NCBI GenBank assembly: GCA_012295275.1
Contig: CM022678.1
Location: 13,144,001 to 13,208,000, forward strand
Direction: 5' to 3'
Length of the DNA: 64,000 nucleotides
DNA from: Chrysomallon squamiferum
Taxonomy: Eukaryota > Animalia > Mollusca
Part shown: piece by piece, positions 43,530 to 57,000 of the stretch
Layout of the letters: each line of letters opens with the position of its first letter
Numbering within the stretch: the stretch's first letter is position 1
Program-made: the position numbers and the translations under genes
Notes under the pieces: model-generated
What the model was told of the DNA's origin: nothing
The model's input: only the letters and a program-made list of their open reading frames with translations
Database searches by the model: none

Positions 43530-43987
43530 ACAGTGCAAGTTGTCTTTGATTAAGCGCATCTGTTGTGGAGAAAGTAGTATTTGAATCTTGTCTCGGTAAC
43601 CCAACACCGCGACTTCTGTGTCTGACGAGAGAGCAATTCTTTTTTTTTTTTTTTCTTTTTAAAGTTTCCTGGGACGGAAAGGTCAAAGTTACTTATACCT
43701 TTTTGTGTTTATTCCAACTTCTTAACATGAAATATATATTTTTTAATTTCTTGAAATCATGTACTGACTCGTCATATAACAGATAATTCTAAATAAAAGT
43801 AATAAAACAGTAAACACACTCACGTCCTCTCTCTTTTTTCTTTCTTTCTTTTTATAATTTTTCTAATTCGTTTTTTTTTTTCTTTCTTTATTTTCTCTCT
43901 CTTTCTGTCTGTCTCCGATTGTTTTACTTCTGATCCCTCTTTTTTTTTTTTTTTTTTTTATTTCTCTTTCCTCTTTCTTTCGCTGAT

Positions 43988-43988
<1 letters not shown>

Positions 43989-44086
<98 letters not shown>

Positions 44087-44100
44087 GCACAACACACACA
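43989..44100 (+). repeat. (TC)n(CA)n compound microsatellite
   Basis: Direct reading. Confidence 0.95.
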
Positions 44101-45000
44101 TTATTTCTATAATATTCACATAAGAGTTTGCAATTTCGATACTGGAAACTTGATTCATATTATCAGCAAGATAACTCCTTTGCAAATAAAAAACAGTCAT
44201 TTTTGTGTCATTTATATTTTTAAAAGTTACAAAAGAGATAAATCTTGACTTTGTACATTATCAACGTCACGGAAATGTTTGTGTAGGTATATAAAATACG
44301 AAAGAGAGTGTATAATGTCTGTATGTGTGCATGTATGTGTGTGTAATCCTTTTTGTTTTTAAACAAATGTTTTTAAAAAGGAGAAAACGGAAAGAAAAAG
44401 TACGAAATGAAAATTGTAATTACAAAATGGCGGGGAAAGACGAAAGAAGAAAATAAAAAAACACGTGTGGCTAAGATTATAGTCTACATGTTGATAAAAC
44501 TGCTTTGTCTTCCTCGCCGGTGTGCTGTGCTATCTCCCTGAAAATGTTTCCAGTTTGACCTGAACGGACTCGATCTGTTCTCCAGATGTCAGCTGGGAGG
44601 TGGCCAGGGACCGCGTGCACAAACCAACCGATAAATATTAAACGTTTTATTGTTGCTACTGATTAGAAACCGGTCTTCACGATGGACGTAGCGTTTTGCA
44701 GCGAGCGCTACAGATTCTACAGACTGAGTTACTCCGCCGCATCTCCCCCTCTTTCCCCATCTCAGTTCTTATCATGCTATTATCGAGACAAATAGTTCCG
44801 AGTTATATCTGACAAGATACGTGTTGGAGCTGCTAGTGTTGTATTCTGTGATGTGTAAGAAACATGGAGGTAATCTGGTCATTTTTTAAATAATAATGTG
44901 TACGGGTGTTTGATTATCCACGTTAGCACTGACAGAGAAATCTTTCACAACGGTTGTTACACACGTACCGTAACAGTTTCATAACTGTTGTACACCACAG

Positions 45001-45480
45001 TGCGTTGTACTTTACACAAAGTAAACATTTATGTGTTGTACTTTACACAAAGTAAGCATTTATGTCTTGTACTTTACACAAAGTAACATGTATGTGTTGT
45101 ACATTCCACCAAAGCAAACATGTATGTGTTGTACATTACACAAAGTAAACATGCGTTGTACGTTGCAGAACAATAAACATTTATATGTTACAGAACAATA
45201 AATATTTATGTATCGTACGTTACATAACAATAAACATCAATCTATTGTACGTCACAGAAAAATAAACATGTATTTGTTGTAACCTACAGAAGAGTAAACA
45301 TTTAAGTGTTGTAAGTCACACAAATTAAACATTTATGTGTTGTACGTTACATAGATTAAACATTTATGTGTTGTACGTTGTACAAAGTAAACATTTATGT
45401 GTTGTACGTTACACAAAGTAAACATGTATGTGTTGTACGTTACACAAATTAAACATTTATGTGTTGTACGTCGCTGAACA
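45001..45480 (+). repeat. 31-bp diverged minisatellite TTGTAC(G/T)TTACACAAAGTAAACATTTATGTG, ~15 copies
   Basis: Periodic TGTGTTGTAC and (G/A/T)TAAACA blocks; central copies are more diverged. Confidence 0.92.
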
Positions 45481-45920
45481 TGGAATAAACTTGTTATGCT
45501 ACAGAGTTTAGTAAACACTTATTCCTACACGTTACAGAGTAACAAACGTGGTAAACATTTCTGTGTATCCAATACATAAAATAGTACGTAATTTAACATA
45601 CAACAGACGTGTTATCTGGTTCTGTTCTAGCTAAAGAAATATTTGAAACGTTGTAGAAGATGGTAATCATTGTCGTGCTGTGTATTATAAATTTATTATT
45701 AATTATCATTATTATATATCCTGTGTTTTAGCTATATGAATAATATTGATAAGTGAAAGCTTTGGTTCATAACCTGTCTATAAATGTGTTTTTATATAAA
45801 ACGACGTCATCTTCCCTGTCTTTTGCTATCATTCTCACGTTTCCATGAAACAAATAAAACAAACAACAAAAACAAAATTATTTGGTAGAATAATTTAAAA
45901 TATATATACTTTGTTGTCAG

Positions 45921-46198
<278 letters not shown>

Positions 46199-47562
46199 AC
46201 TAACAAAGAAAACAGATACTTTAACTTTTCCCGTCCGTTCCAACAAACAGCGGTGAGGCCTACTATGAAAGAAGAATGTGCTGCAGGTATTATTTGTTTG
46301 TAAAGCAAGGAGGTGCAGTTTTGTCCTGAATGCCGCAGTATGGAGAGTATATCTATGATGACATTTTCTCGTTTTTAACCAGTTAGCGTTGGACCATCCA
46401 CGTTAAAGTTTCTGGTATTTCACGAATTGTTAACAGGAGCGCGCTCACGTGTTTGTACGTCTGAAAAAATACAAAACTGTTATCGTAACCTTTCTATCTC
46501 AGCAAAAGAAATAAAAAGGAGAAGAAAATGAAAAAAGAAATCTTCTGTAATCTATTTTACCACCACACATTAAAAGCATCCAGTCTTTGATTTTGAAAAG
46601 AACAAAATGAAGTCTGTGTCATCGATTCTACGTCAGTATGTTCTGTGATTTCCACCATCATTAAGACAGTTCAGTTATTGCCTGAAGCGGTTTTGTAGAC
46701 ATTTCTATAAATAGTCTATCAATGACTTTACGTCATTGATCTGTATTTGTGTATTTTCCAGTCCACATTAATAGAGCAGCGTTCTGAATAAAAATATCAT
46801 CTGCGTCATTGAATACTTTCTTCCGTAAATCTCTTTTATCTGTTTATTTATTTCTTCTTTTTTTCTCTCCAAGCAGTTACGGTCATGATAAAAATCACAC
46901 TGTTTTGGATTTTGATGGGATTTCTCAAAGAAAAAGGAAAAAAAAAACCCCAATAATAATGTTATCTTTGTTAACGGTTCTTTTTCATTAACCTGGACTC
47001 TTCTGCAGTAACGATTCTTCCTTCACTAAATGTCTTTGTTTTTTCTGAATGTATGTCTCAGGATTTGTTTGGTCTTAGACCATGAGTAGGAAGCTAGATT
47101 AATAATAGCTTAGTTAAGTACGCTATTTCTAATATACAAAAAAAAATATTATCCTTTATAAATTTTCCAGCGATTAGTTTTGCTAATCAAAACTTTATTC
47201 TTAACCTTTATGATAGCATTTTCAATTCTTGAAAAAAGAAAAAGAAAAAAAAGATAATAATAATTTCTCTTTTGTTGCAGAACAGCGCGCGAGAGACATT
47301 TAGAAAGATAAGCAAAGGTCGCTCGTCGTCTTTCGCTATCTATTTTAAGCTATTCACGTGACCTTTCTTTGTGATAATGTAGGTCACACGAACAAAACGT
47401 GCACATGCTAATTTCAGGGCTATCTTCCTGCATACCTATGAACCACGTCTGGTATGCTAGTAAATAGACGTGTACTAATCTGATGAAGAATAATGACGTC
47501 ATAGAGTGGATTTTATTTACAGACAGTACTGACGTATGTAATCGTGTGTTTTATTTAGATAA

Positions 47563-47720
<158 letters not shown>

Positions 47721-48464
47721 TTTTAAGATTAAAAAGCCGATGCGTATGTATGTATGTGTGTGTGTTATGTGTGTATATATATATATATATATAAACACGC
47801 TAAATACATTCAGACTTTTACATAACTTCACGCACAAAATTCTATACATACATACACACATATATACATACATACATACATATATACATACATACATACA
47901 CACATACATACATACATAAGTAGGTAGCTGCTTGCACACTCGGAGGCAAACATAACATAAAGAATGAAAGAATGGAACTCCGTGAAAGCTTGTGATAAAA
48001 AAGAGTAAAAGAAACGAAGAAAAACAGAACAACAGTGAACAGTTGTAGTTGTTCTTTCTCTTGCTAAGAATTGCATTGTATTGCTTTCTGACTCGTTTTT
48101 TTCTTCCCATCTCTCCTTTCTCTGCTGTTTTCTCTCTCTTCCTCTCCTTTCTGTTTTGTTAACACCAGTGTAAACATGTTTTCTGTTATGTAAACACGGA
48201 CTGCACCGGCAAACAAGTAAATCACAGCTTCAGAATACCGGTGACGTTTTCACTTAATTTTGAATCAACTTTGTACACGCGTACACTCCCCAGCTGCTCT
48301 TAAATCTCACTTCTTCAGACTCGATTCGACAAAATTTTACACCTTTTCACAGGTCGAGAAGCGTAAATTACTCTTTAAGATTAATTGAATGTGTTTCTAA
48401 ATAGCCTGGGCCTTTAAAAATATAAAGAAATAAATAAACGATAAAAATTACTGTCTCATTCTGC

Positions 48465-48577
<113 letters not shown>

Positions 48578-49478
48578 GTAAAATCATTTTGGAAATATGT
48601 TTTTGATGAGACTGACCGATTTTCCGAGCAGCGTGAAGCGAGAACGTGTTTCACGTGTTTCACTTTGAGACTAAATGTCACGCTGCGGGGGTCTGCTTTT
48701 CATTCATGTCCTGTCTTCAACAACACACAAAACTTGTAATTCATGAAAACTAATCTTACTATGAAAAAAATTATTAATATTTATAATCTTATCTATATAT
48801 CTGTGAGTGTGCCTAGCAGCTTGCACATCTAACTCTCGATTCTCTTTCTCTTTACCTCTACTCTGTTTCTATATCTGTTTGCTTGTCTGCTTTTCTGCGT
48901 GTCTATACGTCCGTCCGTCTCTGTGTTAATGTGTTCTACCTGCTTTTTTTTCTTATTATTATTTTCTTTTCTTAATCGTTTTTTCCACTGTTCATTTCTT
49001 TCCATTTTTCTTTTCTCACAAGCTGTGGCGCTACTTTCAGACAGACAGACAGACAGATAAATGATGGATTTATTTATATTTCGATGGATAGAAGGATAGA
49101 TTTTTCTTTCCCTCCGTTATTTTTGTTGATTTTTTCTTTATTTCTTCTTACGGTTAACTTTTAAACGTAATCTAATGTTATGATTGGTTAAATTTATCTT
49201 TTCTGCATAAAGGTGACTTCTAAAGTTTAATCACACTGAAAAAAGTTGAGAACAAATTAAATCTAAAACTAAAAACAAAACTATAAAAACAAGCAGATGG
49301 TATTTTTATTGTCACCCATGTCAGGAAAAGGCCATCTGTTGCCCAGGAAACAGCAGAACATATTGGATCTGTTTATTGTTACGATACCGTGTTTATCTGA
49401 TATAATTCTGTGGACGATACCGAACTAAATGTTGCTTGGCATTTCTGAGAATAAACAAATGTTGAGAGAAACTGAACT

Positions 49479-49649
<171 letters not shown>

Positions 49650-50871
49650 GAATACATTTCTAAGCATCTTCAGAAACAGATGCTATCAAAATATTTCAAG
49701 CAACTTTTTGACCTGAGGTTTTAATCTAAAGTTATTTCATTCACGGCTTGTAATATCAGCAACACGCCAGACTGTCACACAATCTAAACGAGAAGTAACT
49801 AGTAGAAAATACTACCCGCTTATCTGCATCATTAGTCACACTATCTTCCAGATAACGCATCGTGTTTATTGACCTCATCTCACACCCAACTATTTACACA
49901 ATGTTTTATTATCAGTTATCGGCGTATAGTAAGTAGTTTTGTATTCAGTTTCCGTTTTATCTTCTATCTCTATCGCTTCTGCTCGTTTGTGATTAATCAG
50001 CGGGAATTAGAATGGTAATGCTAATTGTTTGTTATCAGAATAATCCTAACTTTTCCAGATAATACTGAACAATTGTCCTCGGATTTGTTTTACGTTTATT
50101 TGGTTTTCAGTTGGAAAGTTTTCATTTTTTTCTTACGTTGTTAGCAATATATACAAGCTTGTTATTCTGTTTTGTTTGTTTGTTTGCTTGTTTGCTTTTT
50201 GTTTGTTTAATTTGTTTGTTTTATTTTGAACATAAAAGAAAAAAGAAACAATAAAGAAAACAACAACAAACAAAGAAAAAACAAAAGAAAAACATTGACT
50301 TAATAAAATAATTTACGTTAGGAACAGGAAATTCGCGCAGTACATGCTGGAACAGGATATTAATAAATTCTTTTACACTTTAGCTATAGTGCTAATGATT
50401 TATGCAACGTGCACATTTGCTTTCAAGAGACCAGGAATATGAAGCGTTCTGGGAATTCCCTGATCTATTTTTACATAATTATATCTATTATGCTCCAGTA
50501 AATGAATATTATTTCAAGACACGAGAGAGGCTGCAGTTCAGACTCATTAGTACCGCAAAGAGTGAGAATCAGGGCGGATCCACAGTTTTGTGAGAAAAAA
50601 GAGAAAACCGTAATTAACTGATGGTAATTTTCATGATGAAATGTTCTTCAGTAACAACAAAGAAAAACATATCGTTTTATGTCTCCGTCTTCTCTTTCCC
50701 TTTCTGTCTATTTGTTTAACTTTCTATCTAACACACATACATACACACGCACACGCATACACACTCAGATATCAATACACAATTTAAAAATGAAAAAGAA
50801 AAAAGAAAAGAAAGACCAGCAAAAGAAAAATGCGTAGAAGGAAGATAGAACCAGTTAAATATAAATAAAGT

Positions 50872-50877
<6 letters not shown>

Positions 50878-50964
<87 letters not shown>
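50878..50964 (+). repeat. (GA)n microsatellite
   Basis: Direct reading. Confidence 0.97.
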
Positions 50965-50967
<3 letters not shown>

Positions 50968-52845
50968 ATGAAAACACGTCATAACTTAGTAAAACGAAAC
51001 AGCTGTGATGAATTAGTCGAGTCATTTATCATCTAATTACGTGAAAACTCTTCATACATAACAAAGTTAACTCTCCTGCGTGTAAGTAAAAATTAACTCA
51101 CACGTTTTGTACCAGGTGTCTATTCGCCTCGTGTAATTATCAGCCCGTCTGCCTTCTTCCTTTCTTCTTATTATTATGATTAATTTCATATGTTACGCAC
51201 AAACGCCTTTGAAAAATGTTCCTTTTCTTTTTTCTTAAGAAAAGTTTTAAAAACCCCAAAGGTTCTAAAAAAATCGAGTAACACATTTGTTATAAATCTG
51301 GAAAGTATTTTAAAAAATATAGGCGATGTGTTAATAATTTGTAAAAATAATTTGAAGATGATAAACATCTGGGTGTAGTTATGTTGTAAGACAAACACTA
51401 TTAATGTATATACCGTCATGAAAACAAAAACAAGTGACGTTTCCTCACCTACTTTTACTACTACTTCTATAGCTGCTGTAGCTACTAGTGTTAGTACTAT
51501 TGCCACTACTAGCAGTGCTTCCAGTGGTTTACAATAACTACGCTATCGCGAACTTTTTCAAGAGCGGATAACTCAAACACTAGCTGAAGCTGGATATTTC
51601 AATAACATATAAACATCTCATCACATTGTTAATTATTCTCTTGTTCTCTCACTAATATTTTCTAGCCATCAAAACAACACAGTAAAATAAAAACATTTAT
51701 TCTCTACAACCAGCCGCCACACTGACAGACAACCAGTGTTTTTCTAAACAACTGCTTGACATGCGGCTCTGTTCCGTTCATTGCAACAAAAGAATTAGTC
51801 AAAAGTGAATTGTGTTTGAAAACAATTGTAAAGTCTGCTGACAGGTTCATATGCAGAAACAGGCCTCCTGTTTATTAATTTTAACTGAATCTGCCGAGAA
51901 GTGACTCTATAGTTAAATACTCAGTGAATATTTATGAGTAACTAAATGTATTGTGCAGCGGTGCGTGTGTGTGTGTTTGTTTACAGAGTGAGCGAGAGAG
52001 AGAATTATTTTCATACTCACAAATTCTTATTACTATTTTATTAGTAGTATTATTTTGTATTAATTATATAGCTAAATATTGTTATTGTTTATTGGTTGTT
52101 TTGTTAAAGTATGCTTGTAATGATTATGTAGAAATAACGTAAATGATATACTTACAAAAGAAGGTTCTATTCTTTTCTTTTTTTTAATTATTAAGTACAC
52201 ATAGTTTTATATGTGCTAGATTTCTGTCCATCAACCTTAATTAATAAATTATAATAAACAAAATAATGCGCATGATAAACGTTGTTTATTTCTTTATTTA
52301 TATTCCTTTTTTTTTGGGGGTGTTGTTGTTTTTTTGGTGACCTTATATTATGCATTAGAACACAAAAATGAAAACTTGCCAAAAATACTGTAAATAACTG
52401 CGTTGGTTTCATTTGATCTGCATTAAACCGTGAGTAGATCGGAACTAACACAAAAATACTGACCTAAGTAAGAAGCTCCTTTTTCAAACATCAGTTTTTG
52501 TATATTTACAGAATACGCACACTAAACAGAGACATACAGACACACATATAAACATACACATAGATACACAGGAACACATACACAACACGCATGCACACAG
52601 GCATAGAGATACGCATAAAGAAAGTGACACAAACACATACACACACACACACACACACACATACACAGTTATGAAGTAATTTCATACCATACATTTTGCT
52701 TTTAGAATTTGGTTTTACTACGTTTATTTCTAGATGTTTTAATAGTTAACATCATCAGCAGTGAGAACTGATAAAGTGCTGCTAACCTCTGCTCGTGCAC
52801 CTGTGTGTATTAGAATTGTTTCGCTCGGTCACGATTTCATGTAAA

Positions 52846-52861
52846 CAGCGCCACCTGGTGA
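52846..52861 (-). promoter_or_regulatory. Candidate CTCF binding site
   Basis: CAGCGCCACCTGGTGA; the reverse complement TCACCAGGTGGCGCTG closely matches the CTCF core CCAC(C/T)AG(G/A)(G/T)GGCGC. Confidence 0.55.
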
Positions 52862-54045
52862 GACAACAACACAGCTGATATCGGTTATCTTGGTATCCAG
52901 TGGTTACCACAAACAATTGTTTCCACATGTAAGGCTACTAAATATTAAAACAACACACACTTTTACATCACTGTTACTATAAATAGACACAGTAACGAAA
53001 ACGAGGCCGTATTTAGATCGAAAAACTTTAGCTCAAGTAATGAATCGTAATTAGGGAAGAAAGAGAAATTTTAACAGCACATTCAACACATTTGTTCTAC
53101 AACGTGAGAGGATACCAGTTACCAAACAATGGATTAAGTTTTTTTTGTTGTTTCTTTTTTCATCTAGAAGCAAAATATATTTTTATTTACACCTTCCCAC
53201 ACACAGGCAACCAAAAAAACTTTAATATACCTGAACGCTGTTTGAATGGGAAATATTCTGTTATGCACACTGAGATGTATCGATCCTCCAATCACTATGT
53301 TATGTGCACTGATAACTAATATCCCATTCCAGGCATTATACCATTTATCTGTAAAGACGGCGAAAACAGTTTAACCTCCACAGTGACCTGTATACGTAAT
53401 TCGTCACACAAATGTGCTTTAAAAAATATCTTTACCTTTTACACACATTTTCCTCTTCCCCCCCCACAGTTGAGAACTCTTTGAAGATGAAATCATTACA
53501 AGACAAATTCAACAAATGTATTATCTCAAATTATATTCATTTTTCTTCCCAGCATGCATTATTCCAGAAGTATTTTTGTGTTGAATTTCTCCCATTCTTT
53601 CTGAGCGTCCTAGCACGTAACTTAATAATTATATACATCTTTTGTTCGTTTTCTTTATTTTTTATTTCTTTACTTTATTTTTTCTCTTTTCCTTTTTTTA
53701 AATTTATATTATTTATTATATCATTATTCTCATTTTATTTTTGTTATTTTTATTTATAGCTCATCATTTAAAAAATAAATGAATTAGAAAACAAAACATT
53801 TACTTCTCATTATTATCCTTGGTTTATGTGTGTAACGTTTATATTAAATTTCGACTACGGCAATATAGCATTTGAAATCTTGGTGACTAAGTCAGTGTAG
53901 GTTTTTACGCTTGAGAACTTTCAGACAAAATTAATAATGGTATTATGATATTAACATTATTACTACTACTATTTCTCAAATACTAATAATAATACAATGA
54001 TCACTAATGCTGACCCTACTACTAAAAACCACTAATGACTACTAC

Positions 54046-57000
54046 AATACGTTACAGTCATTCTTTTGTTGATACTGCCACTGCAACCACACCAGTTATT
54101 ACTAATACGTTACTATTTCTGTTAATACTGCCACTGCAACCACACCAGTTATAACTAATACGTTATTATTTCTGTTCATACTGCCACTGCAACCACACCA
54201 GTTATTACTAATACGTTACTATTTCTGTTAATCCCACCAACCAGTTATTACTAATACGTTACTATTTTGTTGAACCACTGCAACCACACCAGTTATTACT
54301 AATACGTTACTATTTGTTAATACTCCCACTGCAACCACCACGTTGCAACCACACCAAACCACACCAGTTATTACTAATACGTTACTATTTCTGTTGATAC
54401 TCCCACTGCAACCACACCAGTTATTACTAATACGTTACTATTTGTTAATACTCCCACTGCAACCACACCAGTTATTACTAATACGTTACTATTTTGTTGA
54501 TACTCCCACTGCAACCACACCAGTTATTACTAATACGTTACTATTTCTGTTGATACTCCCACTGCAACCACACCAGTTATTACTAATACGTTACTATTTG
54601 TTAATACTCCCACTGCAACCACACCAGTTATTACTAATACGTTACTATTTCTGTTAATACTCCCACTGCAACCACACCAGTTATTACTAATACGTTACTA
54701 TTTGTTAATACTCCCACTGCAACCACACCAGTTATTACTAATACGTTACTATTTCTGTTGATACTCCCACTGCAACCACACCAGTTATTACTAATACGTT
54801 ACTATTTCTGTTGATACTCCCACTGCAACCACACGTTATTACTGATACGTTACTATTTCTGTTGATACTCCCACTGCAACCACACCAGTTATTACTACGT
54901 TACTATTTCTGTTAATACTGCCACTGCAACCACACCAGTTATTACTAATACGTTACTATTTCTGTTGATACTCCCACTGCAACCACACCAGTTATTACTA
55001 ATACGTTACTATTTGTTAATACTGCCACTGCAACCACACCAGTTATTACTAATACGTTACTATTTGTTAATACTGCCACTGCAACCACACCAGTTATTAC
55101 TAATACGTTACTATTTCTGTTGATACTCCCACTGCAACCACACCAGTTATTACTAATACGTTACTATTTCTGTTGATACTCCCACTGCAACCACACCAGT
55201 TATTACTAATACGTTACTATTTGTTGATACTCCCACTGCAACCACACCAGTTATTACTAATACGTTACTATTTCTGTTGATACTCCCACTGCAACCACAC
55301 CAGTTATTACTAATACGTTACTATTTCTGTTGATACTCCCACTGCAACCACACCAGTTATTACTAATACGTTACTATTTGTTAATACTGCCACTGCAACC
55401 ACACCAGTTATTACTAATACGTTACTATTTTTGTTAATACTGCCACTGCAACCACACCAGTTATTACTAATACGTTACTATTTCTGTTGATACTCCCACT
55501 GCAACCACACCAGTTATTACTAATACGTTACTATTTGTTGATACTCCCACTGCAACCACACCAGTTATTACTAATACGTTACTATTTCTGTTGATACTCC
55601 CACTGCAACCACACCAGTTATTACTAATACGTTACTATTTTTGTTGATACTGCCACTGCAACCACACCAGTTATTACTAATACGTTACTATTTCTGTTGA
55701 TACTCCCACTGCAACCACACCAGTTATTACTAATACGTTACTATTACTAATACGTTACTAATTTACTATTGTTGATACTCCCACTGCAACCACACCAGTT
55801 ATTACTAATACGTTACTATTTCTGTTGATACTCCCACTGCAACCACACCAGTTATTACTAATACGTTACTATTTCTGTTGATACTCCCACTGCAACCACA
55901 CCAGTTATTACTAATACGTTACTATTTGTTGATACTCCCACTGCAACCACACCAGTTATTACTAATACGTTACTATTTCTGTTGATACTCCCACTGCAAC
56001 CACACCAGTTATTACTAATACGTTACTATTTCTGTTGATACTCCCACTGCAACCACACCAGTTATTACTAATACGTTTATACGTTATTTGTTGATACTCC
56101 CACTGCAAAACCACACCAGTTATTACTAATACGTTACTATTTTGTTGATACTCCCACTGCAACCACACCAGTTATTACTAATACGTTACTATTTGTTAAT
56201 ACTCCCACTGCAACCACACCAGTTATTACTAATACGTTACTATTTCTGTTGATACTCCCACTGCAACCACACCAGTTATTACTAATACGTTACTATTTTG
56301 TTGATACTCCCACTGCAACCACACCAGTTATTACTAATACGTTACTATTTTGTTGATACTCCCACTGCAACCACACCAGTTATTACTAATACGTTACTAT
56401 TTTGTTAATACTCCCACTGCAACCACACACACCAGTTATTACTAATACGTTACTATTTTGTTGATACTCCCACTGCAACCACACCAGTTATTACTACGTT
56501 TATTTCTGTTATACTGCCACTGCAACCACACCAGTTATTACTAATACGTTACTATTTGTTAATACTCCCACTGCAACCACACCAGTTATTACTAATACGT
56601 TACTATTTCTGTTGATACTCCCACTGCAACCACACCAGTTATTACTAATACGTTACTATTTTGTTGATACTCCCACTGCAACCACACCAGTTATTACTAA
56701 TACGTTACTATTTTTTTGTTGATACTCCCACTGCAACCACACCAGTTATTACTAATACGTTACTATTTTGTTGATACTCCCACTGCAACCACACCAGTTA
56801 TTACTAATACGTTACTATTTGTTGATACTGCCACTGCAAACCACACCAGTTATAACTAATACGTTACTATTTTGTTGATACTCCCACTGCAACCACACCA
56901 GTTATTACTAATACGTTACTATTTTTGTTGATACTCCCACTGCAACCACACCAGTTTCTGTTACTAATACGTTACTATTTTGTTGATTGTTCCCACTGCA

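Noticed and set aside
47481-47532. C/D box snoRNA-like TGATGA...CTGA
   Set aside because: Only ~52 nt, a weak terminal stem and no recognisable rRNA-complementary guide.
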